64,000 nt of DNA, taken from Eledone cirrhosa. Taxonomy: Eukaryota. Positions within the stretch are counted from its first letter, which is position 1. Each line of letters opens with the position of its first letter. Made by a program: the position numbers and the translations under genes. Positions 26,444-39,191 of the stretch are shown piece after piece. The DNA is taken from positions 144,274,001 through 144,338,000 of the forward strand of contig OZ024743.1 in assembly GCA_964016885.1 (NCBI GenBank), in the 5' to 3' direction. The notes under the pieces were generated by a model that was not told the DNA's origin, ran no database searches, and saw only the letters and a program-made list of their open reading frames with translations.

Positions 26444-27296
26444 AGGGCGATGAATTGGCAGTATCGGTAGATGGTCGGACATGCTTTCCAGCATAGTTAC
26501 GTCCCTTTACGATCTGAGTTCAAATCCAGCCGAGGTTAACTTTGCCTTTCATCCTTACGCGGTCGATAAAATAAAGTACCAGTAATGTACTGGGTAATTG
26601 CTGGCCTTGTGCCAAAAATAGAAACAATTATTATTATTATAAGGGTGGTGAATTAGCAGTATCAGTAGAGCATTGGACAACATGGTTTGTGGCATATAGT
26701 TACAGCCCTTTACATTCTGAGTTCAAATTCCACCGATGTTAGCTTTGCCTTTCATCCTTACGGGGAGGGGGGTGGGGGGTCGATAAAATAAAGTACCAGT
26801 AATGCACTGGGGTCAACTTAATTGACTTTCCTCTCGCCCAAAATCTCTAGCCTTGTGCCTAGATCAGAAACCATTATTATTGATAGACAAAAGGCGGTGG
26901 ATTGGCAGTATCGGTAGAGGGTCGGACGCCATGCTTTCCAGCATAGTTACGTCCCTTTTCGATCTGAGTTCAAATCCGGCCGAGATTGACTTTGCCTTTC
27001 ATCCTTACGGGGTCAATAAAATAAAGTACCAGTAATGCACTGGGTAATTGCTGGCCTTGTGCCTAAAGTAGAAACAATTATTATTGATAGACAAAAGGCG
27101 GTGGATTGGCAGTATCGGTAGAGGGTCGGACGCCATGCTTTCCAGCATAGTTACGTTCCTTTACGATCTGAGTTCAAATCCCGCCGAGGTTGACTTTGCC
27201 TTTCATCCTTACGGGGTCGATAAAATAAAGTACCAGTAATGCACTGGGTAATTGCTGGCCTTGTGCCTAAAGTAGAAACCATTATTATTGATAGAC
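26444..27296 (+). mobile_element. Head-to-tail array of four tRNA-derived SINEs
   Basis: Four consensus matches. The last two are near-identical and bounded by three copies of attattattgatagac. Confidence 0.9.
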
Positions 27297-27612
27297 TCCT
27301 ATACTGGAGCAAAAATATACCCCAAAACATGGGTGGGGGTGGGGATTCATAAAACACATTAGATTCAACACATAAAAATTCACACAATCTAATCCAACTA
27401 TCGTAATATAACTCAGTTCCTAGTTCTTAAATGCACTGATCTATGCAATTAGAAATTACTTAGGGTTGTCTAGGGGACATAACTCCCCATAGGTTAAAGG
27501 GCGTCAAAGAAGAGACACCCACCCCCTCATCACAGAGGATGTGTTTACTTGAATTTTTAAAAAAGGAATTTATCTAAAAAAGTATAAAGATTACGATTAC
27601 ATGTTTATTTAA

Positions 27613-28162
27613 CTCTTTAGCATTTACATTACTCTATATTTAGTATTATATTTTCTTTAGCATTTACATTACTCTATATTTACTATTATATTTTCTTTAG
27701 CATTTACATTACTCTATATTTACTATTATATTTTCATGGTAAAGACTTTACCTCGTATAATTATCTATATTACTAAAACAGAGAAAGTCTGTTTGTCTGT
27801 CTGTACAATCACTAAAACTCGAGAACCATCCAACCGATTGTTTTCAAACTGTACATATGTAATACTTATGGTCCTATTGAGTGTTCTGAGCAAAAACAAT
27901 TTCAAATTTTCAATGCCCTAGGCGATTTAGCAATCTCTTTCTCTTTTTAGATAGATACATAGATATTACGTTGCGTCTTTATAATATCTGTCCGTATGCC
28001 TGGCTGTCTGCATTACGTCATTATGACGCACGGTGTGTGTGTGTGTGTGTGTATATATAGTGTGTAACGTTTTTCGAAATATTTACTTCCGCGTTCACAG
28101 ATTTATTATTTTAGTTTTAGAAGATCCCGTTAAGGGTGAAAGCAGCGATTCTTTGCTTAAAC

Positions 28163-28203
<41 letters not shown>

Positions 28204-28863
28204 GTGTACAGATATTTTTGCATACACATATATACAAAAGTATTTATTTCGCAATAAAGTATTGATTTTCTTTAAACGGAAAAAAAACCCTGGTAATCTA
28301 CGACAAACTTTTTTTATAAGCACAAAATGTAGACACCATCCCGAGGCCGAGGTATTCCGTACTTCTCTGTACTGTTATTTATATATTCGTGTACAGATAT
28401 TTTTGCATACACAATAATAAAATATAAACAAACGTATTTACTTCACGAGGCTCGAGAAGGATAAATATATATCAAATATATAAGAACCCTAGAGCAAATC
28501 CTGGCCATTCTGTTAGTCTCACATAATGTCGAATCTATGAGATTTTGTTATTATTTATTTTGTGGATTGGCAGTATCGATAGAGCGTCAGACACCATGCT
28601 TTGCAGCATAGAGTTATGGCCCTATGTGTTCTGAGTTCAAATCCTGCCGAGGTTAACTTTGCCTTTCATTTGTACGGACGGGGTTGATAAAATAAAGTAC
28701 CAGTAATGCACTGTGATAATTGCTGACCTTGTGCAGAAAGTAGAAACAAGTATTTATTTTGAGAACAATACCTTAACATCAGTATGAGTGGCTGGTTAGT
28801 CAGTTTGAACTGAAAGAGATGAGAGTATTCTGACCGGATATGGCCGGTTTAAATGCTAAAGGG
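27613..28863. mobile_element. piggyBac-type MITE family A with nested Helitron and SINE (about 28560-28750)
   Basis: TTAA flanks and TIRs. A 40-bp unit is triplicated at about 27615-27735. Confidence 0.75.
27764..28516 (+). mobile_element. Non-autonomous Helitron
   Basis: Starts TC, ends TTAG (CTAG-like) after gagcaaatcctggcc. Inserted between A and T with no TSD. The host MITE sequence resumes exactly (compare about 23260-23320). Confidence 0.8.
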
Positions 28864-28888
28864 TTAAAGGTATTCAAAATGTTTCCAG

Positions 28889-29068
28889 TAATAATTTTTT
28901 CGACTTTAGGCACAAGGCCAGCAATAACCCAGTACATTACTGGTACTTTATTTTATCAACCCCGTAAGGATGAAAGGCAAAGTTAACCTCGGCGGGATTT
29001 GAACTCAGATCGTAAAGGGACGTAACTATGCTGGAAAGCATGGCGTCCGACCCTCTACCGATACTGCC
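28889..29068 (-). mobile_element. tRNA-derived SINE (major family)
   Basis: Consensus match, TSD ccagtaataat. Confidence 0.9.
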
Positions 29069-30579
29069 AGTAATAATGATTCCTGTTATCTTAAGTTACT
29101 CAAACAAAAATAAAATTTAATAATCAACTTTATGAACTCATAAATTATGTCAAAACATCAAAATTTCTCCATTTTCAGAACATAATTAATAGACCTGCTA
29201 GAAATAGCAGCCAAATCTCTCTTAAATCCCACTCCACCAAGGGTCCTTCCATGTGGTTGCTCGACCTGAAAGAAATAGCAATCAAATCTCGCTCAAATTA
29301 TACTCCTACCATCTTTGAAAAGGACACATTGTATAATGTGCTGTTGCGTCATCATCATCATCACCATAATCTAATGTCCATTTTTCCTACTAGCAAAGGT
29401 TGGATTGGTTGTCACAGACCAGTCAATATTCAATCAGAGCTACTGATTTCTTAGATGAGCTGGGAGATCTGCATCTTGCTTACATATGTTTCTGCACACT
29501 ATTGATTACTCAAGCAAGCCAGGAGCCCACATCTTGCTTACATATGTTCCTGCATTCTACCAAATGCATCTTATTGTGGAACCAACACAAGGAAGATTGT
29601 TATGTCTTTGACACAAGTGAAGATTTCTCCCAAACCTTTGTTTAGCAGGTTTTCTATGATTGGATGCCCTTACAATCCCCAACCATTTTACAGAGTGTAC
29701 TGGCTGCATTTACTATGTATATCACCAACACTAGGTGGTTGTCATGTCTTTGACATGACGGAGTAGTCCTCATGGTTCTCTGTCAAGCTTTCTTCCAATT
29801 TCTGTCGACTAAATCACTCACAAAGTATTGGAAACCAAAAGTACATGATTGCGAAATTAATTTCTTAACCACTCAGCCATGATCATGTCAACATTCTTTC
29901 CAATTAAGAACAAAACATTTCACAATTATTATCCAAATATTTATTTAGAAAAAAAAAAAACCCAACTCAAATGTATTCTTTATTTATTAACATACATACA
30001 GTATATAAACATTTGATTATACATACATGAAAACATAATGTTATACATGTTGGATCCTGTTGGTTTCGATGATAAGCATTCATTTGTTCAGTCAACTGAA
30101 TGTCCTAACTTGTGAATTAACATGTATGTGGTTCAATATTCCACAAACAATGTAATTCCAAAGCCAAATCAGTGTGACACAATATATGACAAAGCTGGAC
30201 CTTTGAATTACAAGTACAATTCATCTGACAGACTTCTACACAATTTGTGGCTACCAAATATCATTCATAAGGTTGGAGTTGACTCAAAGCTATAGTAAAG
30301 ATACTTGCTCAAGATGCCATGGTAAGGAATCAACACCAGCAAACTTCTTAATCACTTAGCCAAGGCAGTCAATTTGATATTATACATATATGAAAATGTA
30401 AAACATACAAACTAAAACACATGAAAACATACAAACATACATTATAAACATTACATTATACATACATGAAAATATACAACACACACACAAAGTTCCTGAG
30501 TTTCAAAACAGGATCAATAATAGGCAGTCCCAAGGAACGCCATTTAGAATATATGGAAATATTAATGGGTGATTTAAAA

Positions 30580-30662
30580 TCATAATTCCTTTTTCTTCTT
30601 CTGTATTGAACACTTAACCTCTATCTTTGTTAATTCTGATTTGAATTTTCCTCCTTGTGTCA
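30580..30662 (-). CDS. MYDGF: MYDGF homolog, exon 5 (last coding): (V)TQGGKFKSELTKIEVKCSIQKKKKEL*
   Basis: tttcag acceptor, phase 1. Matches the FKAELSKL..RTEL end of human MYDGF. KKEL ER-retention-type end, and AATAAA candidates downstream (about 29980). Confidence 0.93.
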
Positions 30663-30839
30663 CTGAAATAAAAAAATAAAAAAAAATAATGGGAGGTAAC
30701 AACCTACTTTTTCCTTTATATAAATATTAACTTAGTTTATCTAATGCCAAAACACTCATTGGAGGCAATACAAGCTAGATAAACTATTAGAAAGTTTTGC
30801 TTGTATCATCTCCCCAAATGCAGTTTCTAGAATTATGAA

Positions 30840-31028
30840 ATAATTGTTTCTACTTTAGGCACAAGGCCAGCAATTACCCAGTGCATTACTGGTACTTTAT
30901 TTTATCGACCCCGTAAGGATGAAAGGCAAAGTCAACCTCGGCGGGATTTGAACTCAGATCGTAAAGGGACGTAACTATGCTGGAAAGCATGGCGTCCGAC
31001 CCTCTACCGATACTGCTAATCCACCGCC
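30840..31028 (-). mobile_element. Young tRNA-derived SINE in MYDGF intron 4
   Basis: Near-consensus copy with TSD ctagaattat(g/a)aaataat. Confidence 0.92.
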
Positions 31029-31572
31029 TAGAATTATAAAATAATATTAATTATCCTAATATATTGAGACAACCAATATTGGAAGAAATTCCTTCATCAG
31101 AGGGATTCTTCGGAAGTAGAAAAATATTCAATACATTGTATACGGGACCTTACTATGTTTAAATGCTTATCTTTTCATTGAGATGTATATTAATAACAAA
31201 TAACTTTCTGTTTGATATATATAGGGTGTCCGAAAAAAATGTATGCACACTTTTCTACCATTCCGTATTGTTTTTTCTATTTTCATATCAACCTTATTAC
31301 TTTAATATTTTGCTTTTCTTCTTACCAACACCAACTCTCATACAAGCCTCCACGCTGTCACAGGACCCTTCCCACCTGCCTCTAACCCACCACATTCTGG
31401 TTTGCTGTTTGGCAGACATGGCTTCATCCCCCATCTTACTACTTTTCAGTTACCTGTTACATTGTTATATGTATATATTGTATATGCATGTGTATGTAGT
31501 GTACATAGGCATATATATGCGCATAATGTGTGGGCATATGTATGATGTATATATATTATATATGTGTTATGT

Positions 31573-34098
31573 TATCATCATCATCATAGCTTAACATCCA
31601 TCTTCTATGCTAGCATGGGTAGGACGGGTTGTCCCTTTGTGAGTGATCATGTTGGAGGGTCGTGATTCGCTCACACAAAACTGATTTTAGCTTGGCTTCT
31701 ATGGCTGGATGCTCTTCCTAACGCCAACCACATTTACAGTGTGTGCTGGGTACTTTTTGCTGTGTTGCCTACATGACCACTTTACAGCGTGGACTGGGTA
31801 ATTTTTGTTGTGACACCTACACAACCACTTTACAGAGTGGACTGGGTACTTTTTGTTGTGACACCTACACGCCCCCTTTACAGTGTGGACTGGGTACTTT
31901 TTGTCGTGACACCTACACGACCCCTTTACAGTGTGGATTGGGTACTTTTTGTTGTGACACCTACACGACCCCTTTACAGTGTGGACTGGGTACTTTTTGT
32001 TGTGACACCTACACAACCACTTTACAGAGTGGACTGGGTACTTTTTGTTGTGACACCTACACGCCCCCTTTACAGTGTGGACTGGGTACTTTTTGTCGTG
32101 ACACCTACACGACCCCTTTACAGTGTGGATTGGGTACTTTTTGTTGTGACACCTACACGCCCCCTTTACAGTGTGGACTGGGTACTTTTTGTTGTGACAA
32201 AAAGATGACCACTTTACAGTGTGGACTGGGTACTTTTTGTCGTGACACCTACACGACCCCTTTACAGTGTGGACTGGGTACTTTTTGTTGTGACACCTAC
32301 ACGACCCCTTTACAGTGTGGACTGGGTACTTTTTGTTGTGACACCTACATGACCACTTTACAGTGTGGACTGGGTACTTTTTGTTGTGACACCTACACGA
32401 CCCCTTTACAGTGTGGACTGGGTACTTTTTGTTGTGACACCTACATGACCCCTTTACAGTGTGGACTGGGTACTTTTTGTTGTGACACCTACATGACCAC
32501 TTTACAGTGTGGACTGGGTACTTTTTGTCATGACACCTATACAACCACTATAGTGTGGGCTGGGCTTTTTTGTTGTGGCTCCAGGGGGGGATCACTTTAT
32601 AGAGGAGGTTGGAAAATTAGAAGGGGTGACGAAGATGCCTTGGTAAATTGGGGGATGTAGATATAGGGGAGAGATGTTTATGGGATGGGAGAGGGAAGGG
32701 AATGGCGTTGCCTACTAGGTATATATCTCAGCCCGAGAATAATAGAATGCGGGTCTTCTGTAATACTTCATAGCGCCAGAGGTCACAGTCCTGTGTCACT
32801 GCCTTAGTGAGGTGTAATTGAGCAAAGTCAGCTCTTATTACCTCATCCCAAGTCTTCCAAGGCCTGCCTATTCCAATGCTACCATCAACTTTGAGCGCTC
32901 TGCCCCTTTTTATACAGCTATCATCCTTCATACACATCACATGTCCATACCAATGCAATCTCCTCTCCTGCACACAACATCTGATCCCTCTTATGCTTAA
33001 TTTCTCGCACAGTTCATTTATACTTTGCTTTTCGCATATGTTGCTATTGCACATCCATTGAAGCATGGAGGCTTCATTTCTTTCCAATCTCCACAGGTCC
33101 TCTGCACACAGTACCCAGGCCTAGCTGCTGTGCAACATAGTTGTTTGTATACATGCATCATACAGTCTACCTTTCATTTTGAGGAAAAAAAAACCTTTGT
33201 AGTTAGCAGCGGTAGTAGCTCCCTGAACTTGTAGTTAGCAGCGGTAGTAGCTCCCTGAACTTTCGCCAACCGGATCTCACTCTGGCTACTGTATTTTCGG
33301 AACACCTTTCCCAACCGCTGATTTGGTCACCCAGGTAACAGAAGCTATCTACCACTTCTATAGAGTCCTCTGGGCATTTGAAGGTGATTGTATTCTGAGA
33401 GCTCTTGCTACTTATTGCTCGTGTCCATCAACCACATGTAAAAACCTACATTTTTTGTTAGCCTCCTTGGGATCCCACTACATCTCATGTGCACCCATAG
33501 CTTGCACTTGGGACATAGGATAGAATTTCTACCCACTCCTTTTCTGCACACTGAGCATGGCCATTTCCTTGAGGAGATCTGGGCTCTGTTATCTTTTCTA
33601 CTCACTAGACCTTTAGATTCCAGGCCGTCCTTCCAGGTTTGGAATTTCATCTCTAATTCGGCAATAGATTTGGCTATAAGGGTTAGGTCATCTGCATACA
33701 GAAGTTCTCAAGGGCAGCCAGTCTTAAACTCCTCTGTTATTGCCTGTAAGGCGATGATAAACAGGAGGGGGCTAAGAACTAAGCCTTAGTGGACACCAAA
33801 CTGCACACTAAATTCTTTGCTATATTCATTGTTAATTCTAACCTTGCTGACTGTTCCTCTATACATGGCTTGTACTGCCCTCACAAGCCACTCATCTACA
33901 CTTAGTTTTCTAAGAGCCCACCAGATTATGGAACAGGGGACTCTGTCAAAAGCTTACGCCATGTTTACAAAAGCCAAATAGAGGGGTTTACTCTTAGCTA
34001 GGGACTTCTCCTGTAGTTGTCTTACAAGGAAGAGAGCATCTGTGGTAGTTTTACCTGGTGCAAACCCAAACTGCACTTCATCTAGGTTAACTCATTCC
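31573..34098 (-). mobile_element. Decayed 5'-truncated RTE LINE (PHD-containing family) in MYDGF intron 4
   Basis: Homologous to 8052-9875 (QFGFAPGKTTTDA, YADDL, WPCSVCRKG..CPKC..H.RC, RLHWYGHV). (GAT)n tail. Confidence 0.9.
31733..32580. repeat. 48-bp minisatellite, about 17 copies, inside the RTE 3' UTR
   Basis: Unit tttacagtgtggactgggtactttttgttgtgacacctacacgacccc. It produces the 16-aa periodic ORFs. Confidence 0.95.
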
Positions 34099-34314
34099 TA
34101 TCATCATCATCATCATCATCATCATTTCATTTTACGTCCGCTTTTCCCTGCTTGCAAGGGTGGGACGGGAACTGATTCTGGCTTTATTTCTACAGCTGGA
34201 TGCCCTTCCTAACACCAACCTCATTTACAGTGAGTGCTGGGTGCTTTTTTGCCGTGGCACCTCCACGACCACTTTGCAGTGGAATGATAGGGACCCCAGT
34301 CCCTACCATCTCAT

Positions 34315-34452
34315 TTCTACAGCTGAGTAAACTGGAGCAATGTGAAATAAAGTGTCTTGCTCAAGGAAACAACACATCACCCAGTCTGAGAATTGAACTC
34401 ACAACCTTTCGATTGCAAGGCAAATGCTCTAACCACTAAGCCATGTGCCTCC
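34315..34452 (-). mobile_element. tRNA-derived SINE, second family (5' part)
   Basis: Minus strand tggcttagtggttagagc (A box), gagttcaattc (B box), cttgagcaagacactttatttcac. Related copy at about 40353-40465 (+). Confidence 0.7.
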
Positions 34453-34538
<86 letters not shown>

Positions 34539-34649
34539 TGTATGTATGTTACATATATATATTGTGTATTATGTATTTATATACACGCATATGTGTTATA
34601 TATATATATATATCATATATACACCTACCAAAAGCATCACTATGAGTAA

Positions 34650-35440
34650 GATATGGCGTGGCCAACTGGCCAGATTTGTCTCATAATGGTGTCACCCAGT
34701 CCCACACTATAAACATGGTTGGCAAGGAAGGACATCCAGCAGCCATAAAAACCCAGCCTAAACACGGTCCCACTATGAGCAAAGCATGATGCGGCCAACT
34801 GACCAGACCTTCCTCATTATGTGACCACCCGGCTCCCAAAGTATGGTTCCCCTATGAGCAGGGTACAGCATGGCCAATTGGCCAGACCCTCCGTATAACG
34901 GTGCCACCCAGTTCCACACAGTAAACGTGGTTGGTGTTATGAAGTGCATCCAGCAGTTATAAAAACCCAGCCAACACACAGTCCCGATATGTGCAAGGTA
35001 TGACACGGATAACTGGCCAGACTTGCTTCATAGAAGGACCACCCAGTCGCACACTGTAAACATGGTTTTATGTTATGAAGGGCATCCAGCACATGTTAAA
35101 ACCCAGCCAAAACATGGTCCACTATGAACAAGGTACGGCACGGCCAACTGGCCAGACCTCCATCATTATGGGACCACCCAGCTCCCAAAATACGGTTCCA
35201 CTGTGAGCAGGGTACGTCGTGGCCAGCTGGCGAGACCCTCCTCATAACGGTGTTATCTAGTTCCACACTGTAAATGTGGTCGGTGTTTGGAAGGGCATCC
35301 AGCAGTAAAATACCCAGCCAAAATACAGTTTCATTTGAGCAAAGTGTGGTGCAGCCAACTGACCAGACTTGTTTCATAACATGGATGACCCATCTAACCC
35401 ATGCAAGCATTAAAAAATGGACGTTAAACGACGATGATTG
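34650..35440 (+). repeat. Degenerate tandem multimer of an RTE/SINE 3'-UTR module
   Basis: Four copies of ccacactgtaaa..tggttgg..gaagggcatccagcag..aaaacccagcc, interleaved with ggccaactggccagac units. Ends in the shared RTE 3' terminus. Confidence 0.75.
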
Positions 35441-35696
35441 ATTGATTGATTGATATATATATATATATACATATATATATGTATATAAAAAAAGAAAGCA
35501 AGGGATTTTCGGACATTATATGCTTTGTCTTATTACACTGACTGACGAGCCTGAGTCAACGAAAGCCTGAAACCCTTTGAAACTAATATTTTTATTCATT
35601 TACCATGACAAATAGAAACAAGAAACTCAGAGTAGCAACAGAGCAAAGTAAACCCCCATCATCATCATCATTTTCACAACAAACAAATATGCGCAA

Positions 35697-35727
<31 letters not shown>

Positions 35728-36044
35728 AATGATGGGCTTCCCCACAATTTCCAACTACCAAGTGCACTCACAAAGCATTCATCAGTCCAAGGTTTCATGC
35801 AATAGGATAGAACCTGAAATCACATAGTTGCAAGGTGAACATTTTAACTACATGGTCATATCTGAACCAATTTAATTTAGTCACCAGTTCTCTGTAACCA
35901 TTTGTCATAGACCTTCGTTATCTGGCATACTACTGCCAATCTTTGTTTATCACACAAAAGCAAGGTTTAAATTCGAAATTTTTCAGTCAGCAATCCTATA
36001 TTATAACCATACACAATTTTAAGATTACAATTTCAAAATCTTAC

Positions 36045-36102
36045 CAGAGTTTTGTGATTTGTCAATTATATATTCCTCAGCACTGAGAATGTTGCCATTG
36101 CC
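36045..36102 (-). CDS. MYDGF: MYDGF homolog, exon 4: GNGNILSAEEYIIDKSQNS(V)
   Basis: ataacag acceptor and G|gtaaga donor. Phases 0/1 join exons 3 and 5. Aligns with L..EEF in human MYDGF. Confidence 0.88.
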
Positions 36103-36787
36103 CTGTTATAAAAAGAAATCAAAATATAATAGAAAACTATTATAGTTAGATCAGACTAAGGAAATGATGTTTTCATTGCTGATACTATCTGCCAGTTGCA
36201 ATTCCAAGCAGAAGAGTCAGCATTTTCCCATAAACAGGAGTCAAAATTTGAACTCAAAATGCACAGAGCTGTAACGGATCTTGCCTGTTTCTTTAATAAA
36301 TCTGCCAACTCAACACCACTGGACATTATTATAATAACTACTATAGATATAATAATTACATGTGGAGAACTAAATTTGACGACCATGATCAGCTTTATGT
36401 GAATCTCATTTCCTACACTCGGTACACTCTATAAGTTGGTGAGAGGAAAAGCATCTGGTTTAACAAACAATGAGTCATTCCAGTTTTGTAAAAAGACATG
36501 ACACCCTCCTTAGTGCTGATGCCCCAATAAAACCTCCCTAGTACATTCTATAGAGTGCAAGAATGTATCTAAGTGAGATGCGGCTCCCAGCTAGCCAGCC
36601 AGCCTGAGAAGTCAGCAGTATTGTTTAAGTTCTGATTTGGTCTGTGATGACCCATTCAACCCTTGCTAGCAGAGAAAACTTGACAAGCCAGGATTAATTA
36701 GCAGTAGCATTAACATAGCATGGTTCATAATGGGAGTTATATATGATATTTTTATGTACAATTAACATACAAGACTCTTACTATGAA

Positions 36788-37141
36788 TATTTTAAGCTGT
36801 GAAAATGTCACAGCTATCTCAGTTGCTATGTGAAAACATTAAATACATGTGTATTGATTTTCATCCATCATCAATGATACTCATTTACTCAATAAACTAT
36901 AGCCAGTCAGGTTTGCACAATGTGGAAATGAGTATTTCCTGCTGATGATTTATTCAAACTATATGCAAATGAATAGATCCTGTCGATACTACATATGCAA
37001 AAGAACACATAAGCTATAGCTTATTCTTGTCTCAGAACCAAGTGAGTGAGCACCAACGATGATGGGATGGATGTTGAAAAACATATCTTACATTCTCACA
37101 CAGCTACTGTGATAGCTGTGACATGATCACAGCTTAAAATA
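36788..37141. mobile_element. MITE-like element with about 50-bp imperfect inverted ends
   Basis: tattttaagctgtgaaaatgtcacagctatctcagttgctatgtgaaaa / ttctcacacagctactgtgatagctgtgacatgatcacagcttaaaata. Confidence 0.6.
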
Positions 37142-37484
37142 CATGTGGAGAACTAAATTTGACGACCATGATCAGCTTTATGTGAATCTCATTTCCTACA
37201 TTAAAGAATGCTATATTTTTGTGAAGGTATTTGGTAACTACAATTTTCAGAAAGAACATAGAAACTAAGCACATTTCATCGTTTGTGTCTACGTTCCAAT
37301 TTTTCATTTTCTGTTTTCAAATTTTTATTTTATTTTAAAGGTATGCTAAAATAAGACTTAACCTTTATTTTATAAACATACATAGCTAAATAATTTGCGT
37401 TATTTAAAAATATTTAACTAAAAAATAGGAAAGAATAAAACGAGAAAATTATACAAAACATTAAAGCAGGAAAAGACAACTTAC

Positions 37485-37622
37485 AAAAGCATTGGCTTCT
37501 TGGAGTTGAGCCCCTTGGATTTGAAGGTTGAACGATTGGAAAAACAAATAAGATGAACCGCTTGGACGATAAACTGTACATGTAAAGGATTTTTTCTTAC
37601 GCTTCATTGTGATCATCCATTC
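37485..37622 (-). CDS. MYDGF: MYDGF homolog, exon 3: EWMITMKRKKKSFTCTVYRPSGSSYLFFQSFNLQIQGAQLQEANAF
   Basis: ttccag acceptor and gtaagt donor, phase 0/0. Matches human FTCTIWRPQGKSYLYFTQF..GA. Confidence 0.95.
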
Positions 37623-38234
37623 CTGGAACAAAGAGATGTGTTTGGAATATACATAACAGAGCCATATCGTAAATTAGATTAATATATGAATAAATATCAC
37701 CACTAGTGGAAAAGGCCAGTGGATTAGCAGCAAGTAAAGTAGTTGTCAGTTCTGTAGAAGCTTGTCAAGCAGTTAAAATCATTCTCAAATAAGTTAGCTG
37801 TATTTGTTTATCATAGGGTTTCCCCTGTAATCTTTATCTCCATCATTCTTCATCCACCACTCTTTAAAAATCTCTGCATTTTTTGGAAGTAGAAAAGGCA
37901 CCCAACAGTAGACAGATACCATGCCAGAAATGAAAAGTATGAGTAAAATGTGGTCATCTGAGCCATCTAGTCTTGGATCATGACAACCGTCCAACCCATG
38001 CCAACATAGAAGACAGACCTAAAATGCTGATGATGATGACAGTGTTATTTTAATGCCTAATATTCCCATGTAGTTATGGTAATAGCTAGAGCAACTATAA
38101 CTATCTCTTGCAATCAAGTATGCTTTGGGGGTTTCAGCCCATGCAATTGCAAGTAGACAGGTATTTTCTTAATCGAACCCAAAATGATGAAATGCAAAAG
38201 AGAATTCAAAAGGATTTGAACTCATACACACATG

Positions 38235-38629
38235 ACTAATGGGTGTTAAATTCATATATACAGAACCATGTATGTTTAATCCTTTAACATTTACATTACT
38301 CTATATTTGCTATTGTATTTTCACAGTAAAGGCTTTATCTCACAAAATATTGAATCTACGACATTTTGATGTCATCTATTTCAAGAACAATACCTTAACG
38401 TCGGTATTATCGTCTGGTTACAACCGGTTTAAACAGAAATAAGTTAGAGAATTCTGGCCAGATACAGCTGGTTTAAATGCTAATGGTTAATAAAGACATA
38501 TTTATGTAACCCCTCTATATATGTTTTTCCAAACCAGCCTGGATTGAATATATATATAGAGAGGAGTCACATAAATATGTTTTTATTAAATATATGGTTC
38601 TGTATATATGAATTTAACACTTGTTAGTT
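38235..38629. repeat. Fold-back (long hairpin) element interrupted by a piggyBac-type MITE at 38280-38486
   Basis: Removing the MITE at TTAA restores about 85-bp inverted arms around a short loop. Confidence 0.7.
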
Positions 38630-39191
38630 GTTAGTTATGTTTGATGACAGACATTACCATGTGGTTAAGAAGTTTGCTTTGCAAAGATATGATTCTGGGT
38701 TCTATCCTACAATAACCTTGGGTTCACCCATTTTTTATCAGTGATATTAGATATAGAAAAATTGTGTGGAAGCTTGTTGGATGAACTGTAGACTTAATCT
38801 GTTACCCAGCATAACATCTCCACCTGGCTCTCTGAGCGCTCTTAATGGAGCCCACTCTGCCATAAACATTCCGAGCAGAACTCCATATCTTGATACATGG
38901 CTTTTTACACAGCAATCTATGAGGCATAGTTTCATCTTCTCTTTCCTCTACTAATCACTGAGACCATGAAAAAGGAGTCATTTGTGCCTCCCGTTCTCTT
39001 CTAACTAAACCAAAGAAAATTTAAAAAAGAAAAGAAACAAAAACTGTGTCTGCTCACAGCAAGTTGAAAACCATAAATTGCTCTAATACTTATCCATAGT
39101 TAACCCTTTTAATATCAAACCACCTGAAATTGCTTTGGAATGATGATACAAAACTGCTCATTTTAAAATGTTTATCCTTATATTAAAACCT

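Noticed and set aside
26891-26985. tRNA gene (A and B boxes)
   Set aside because: It is the head of a high-copy SINE with no cloverleaf.
31699-32660. Cys-rich 16-aa repeat ORFs, or a CRISPR-like array
   Set aside because: A 48-bp minisatellite without unique spacers, inside a LINE 3' UTR. Open on both strands.
35537-35590. CTGACGA...GAAA hammerhead candidate
   Set aside because: No convincing stem II, stem I or UH cleavage site.
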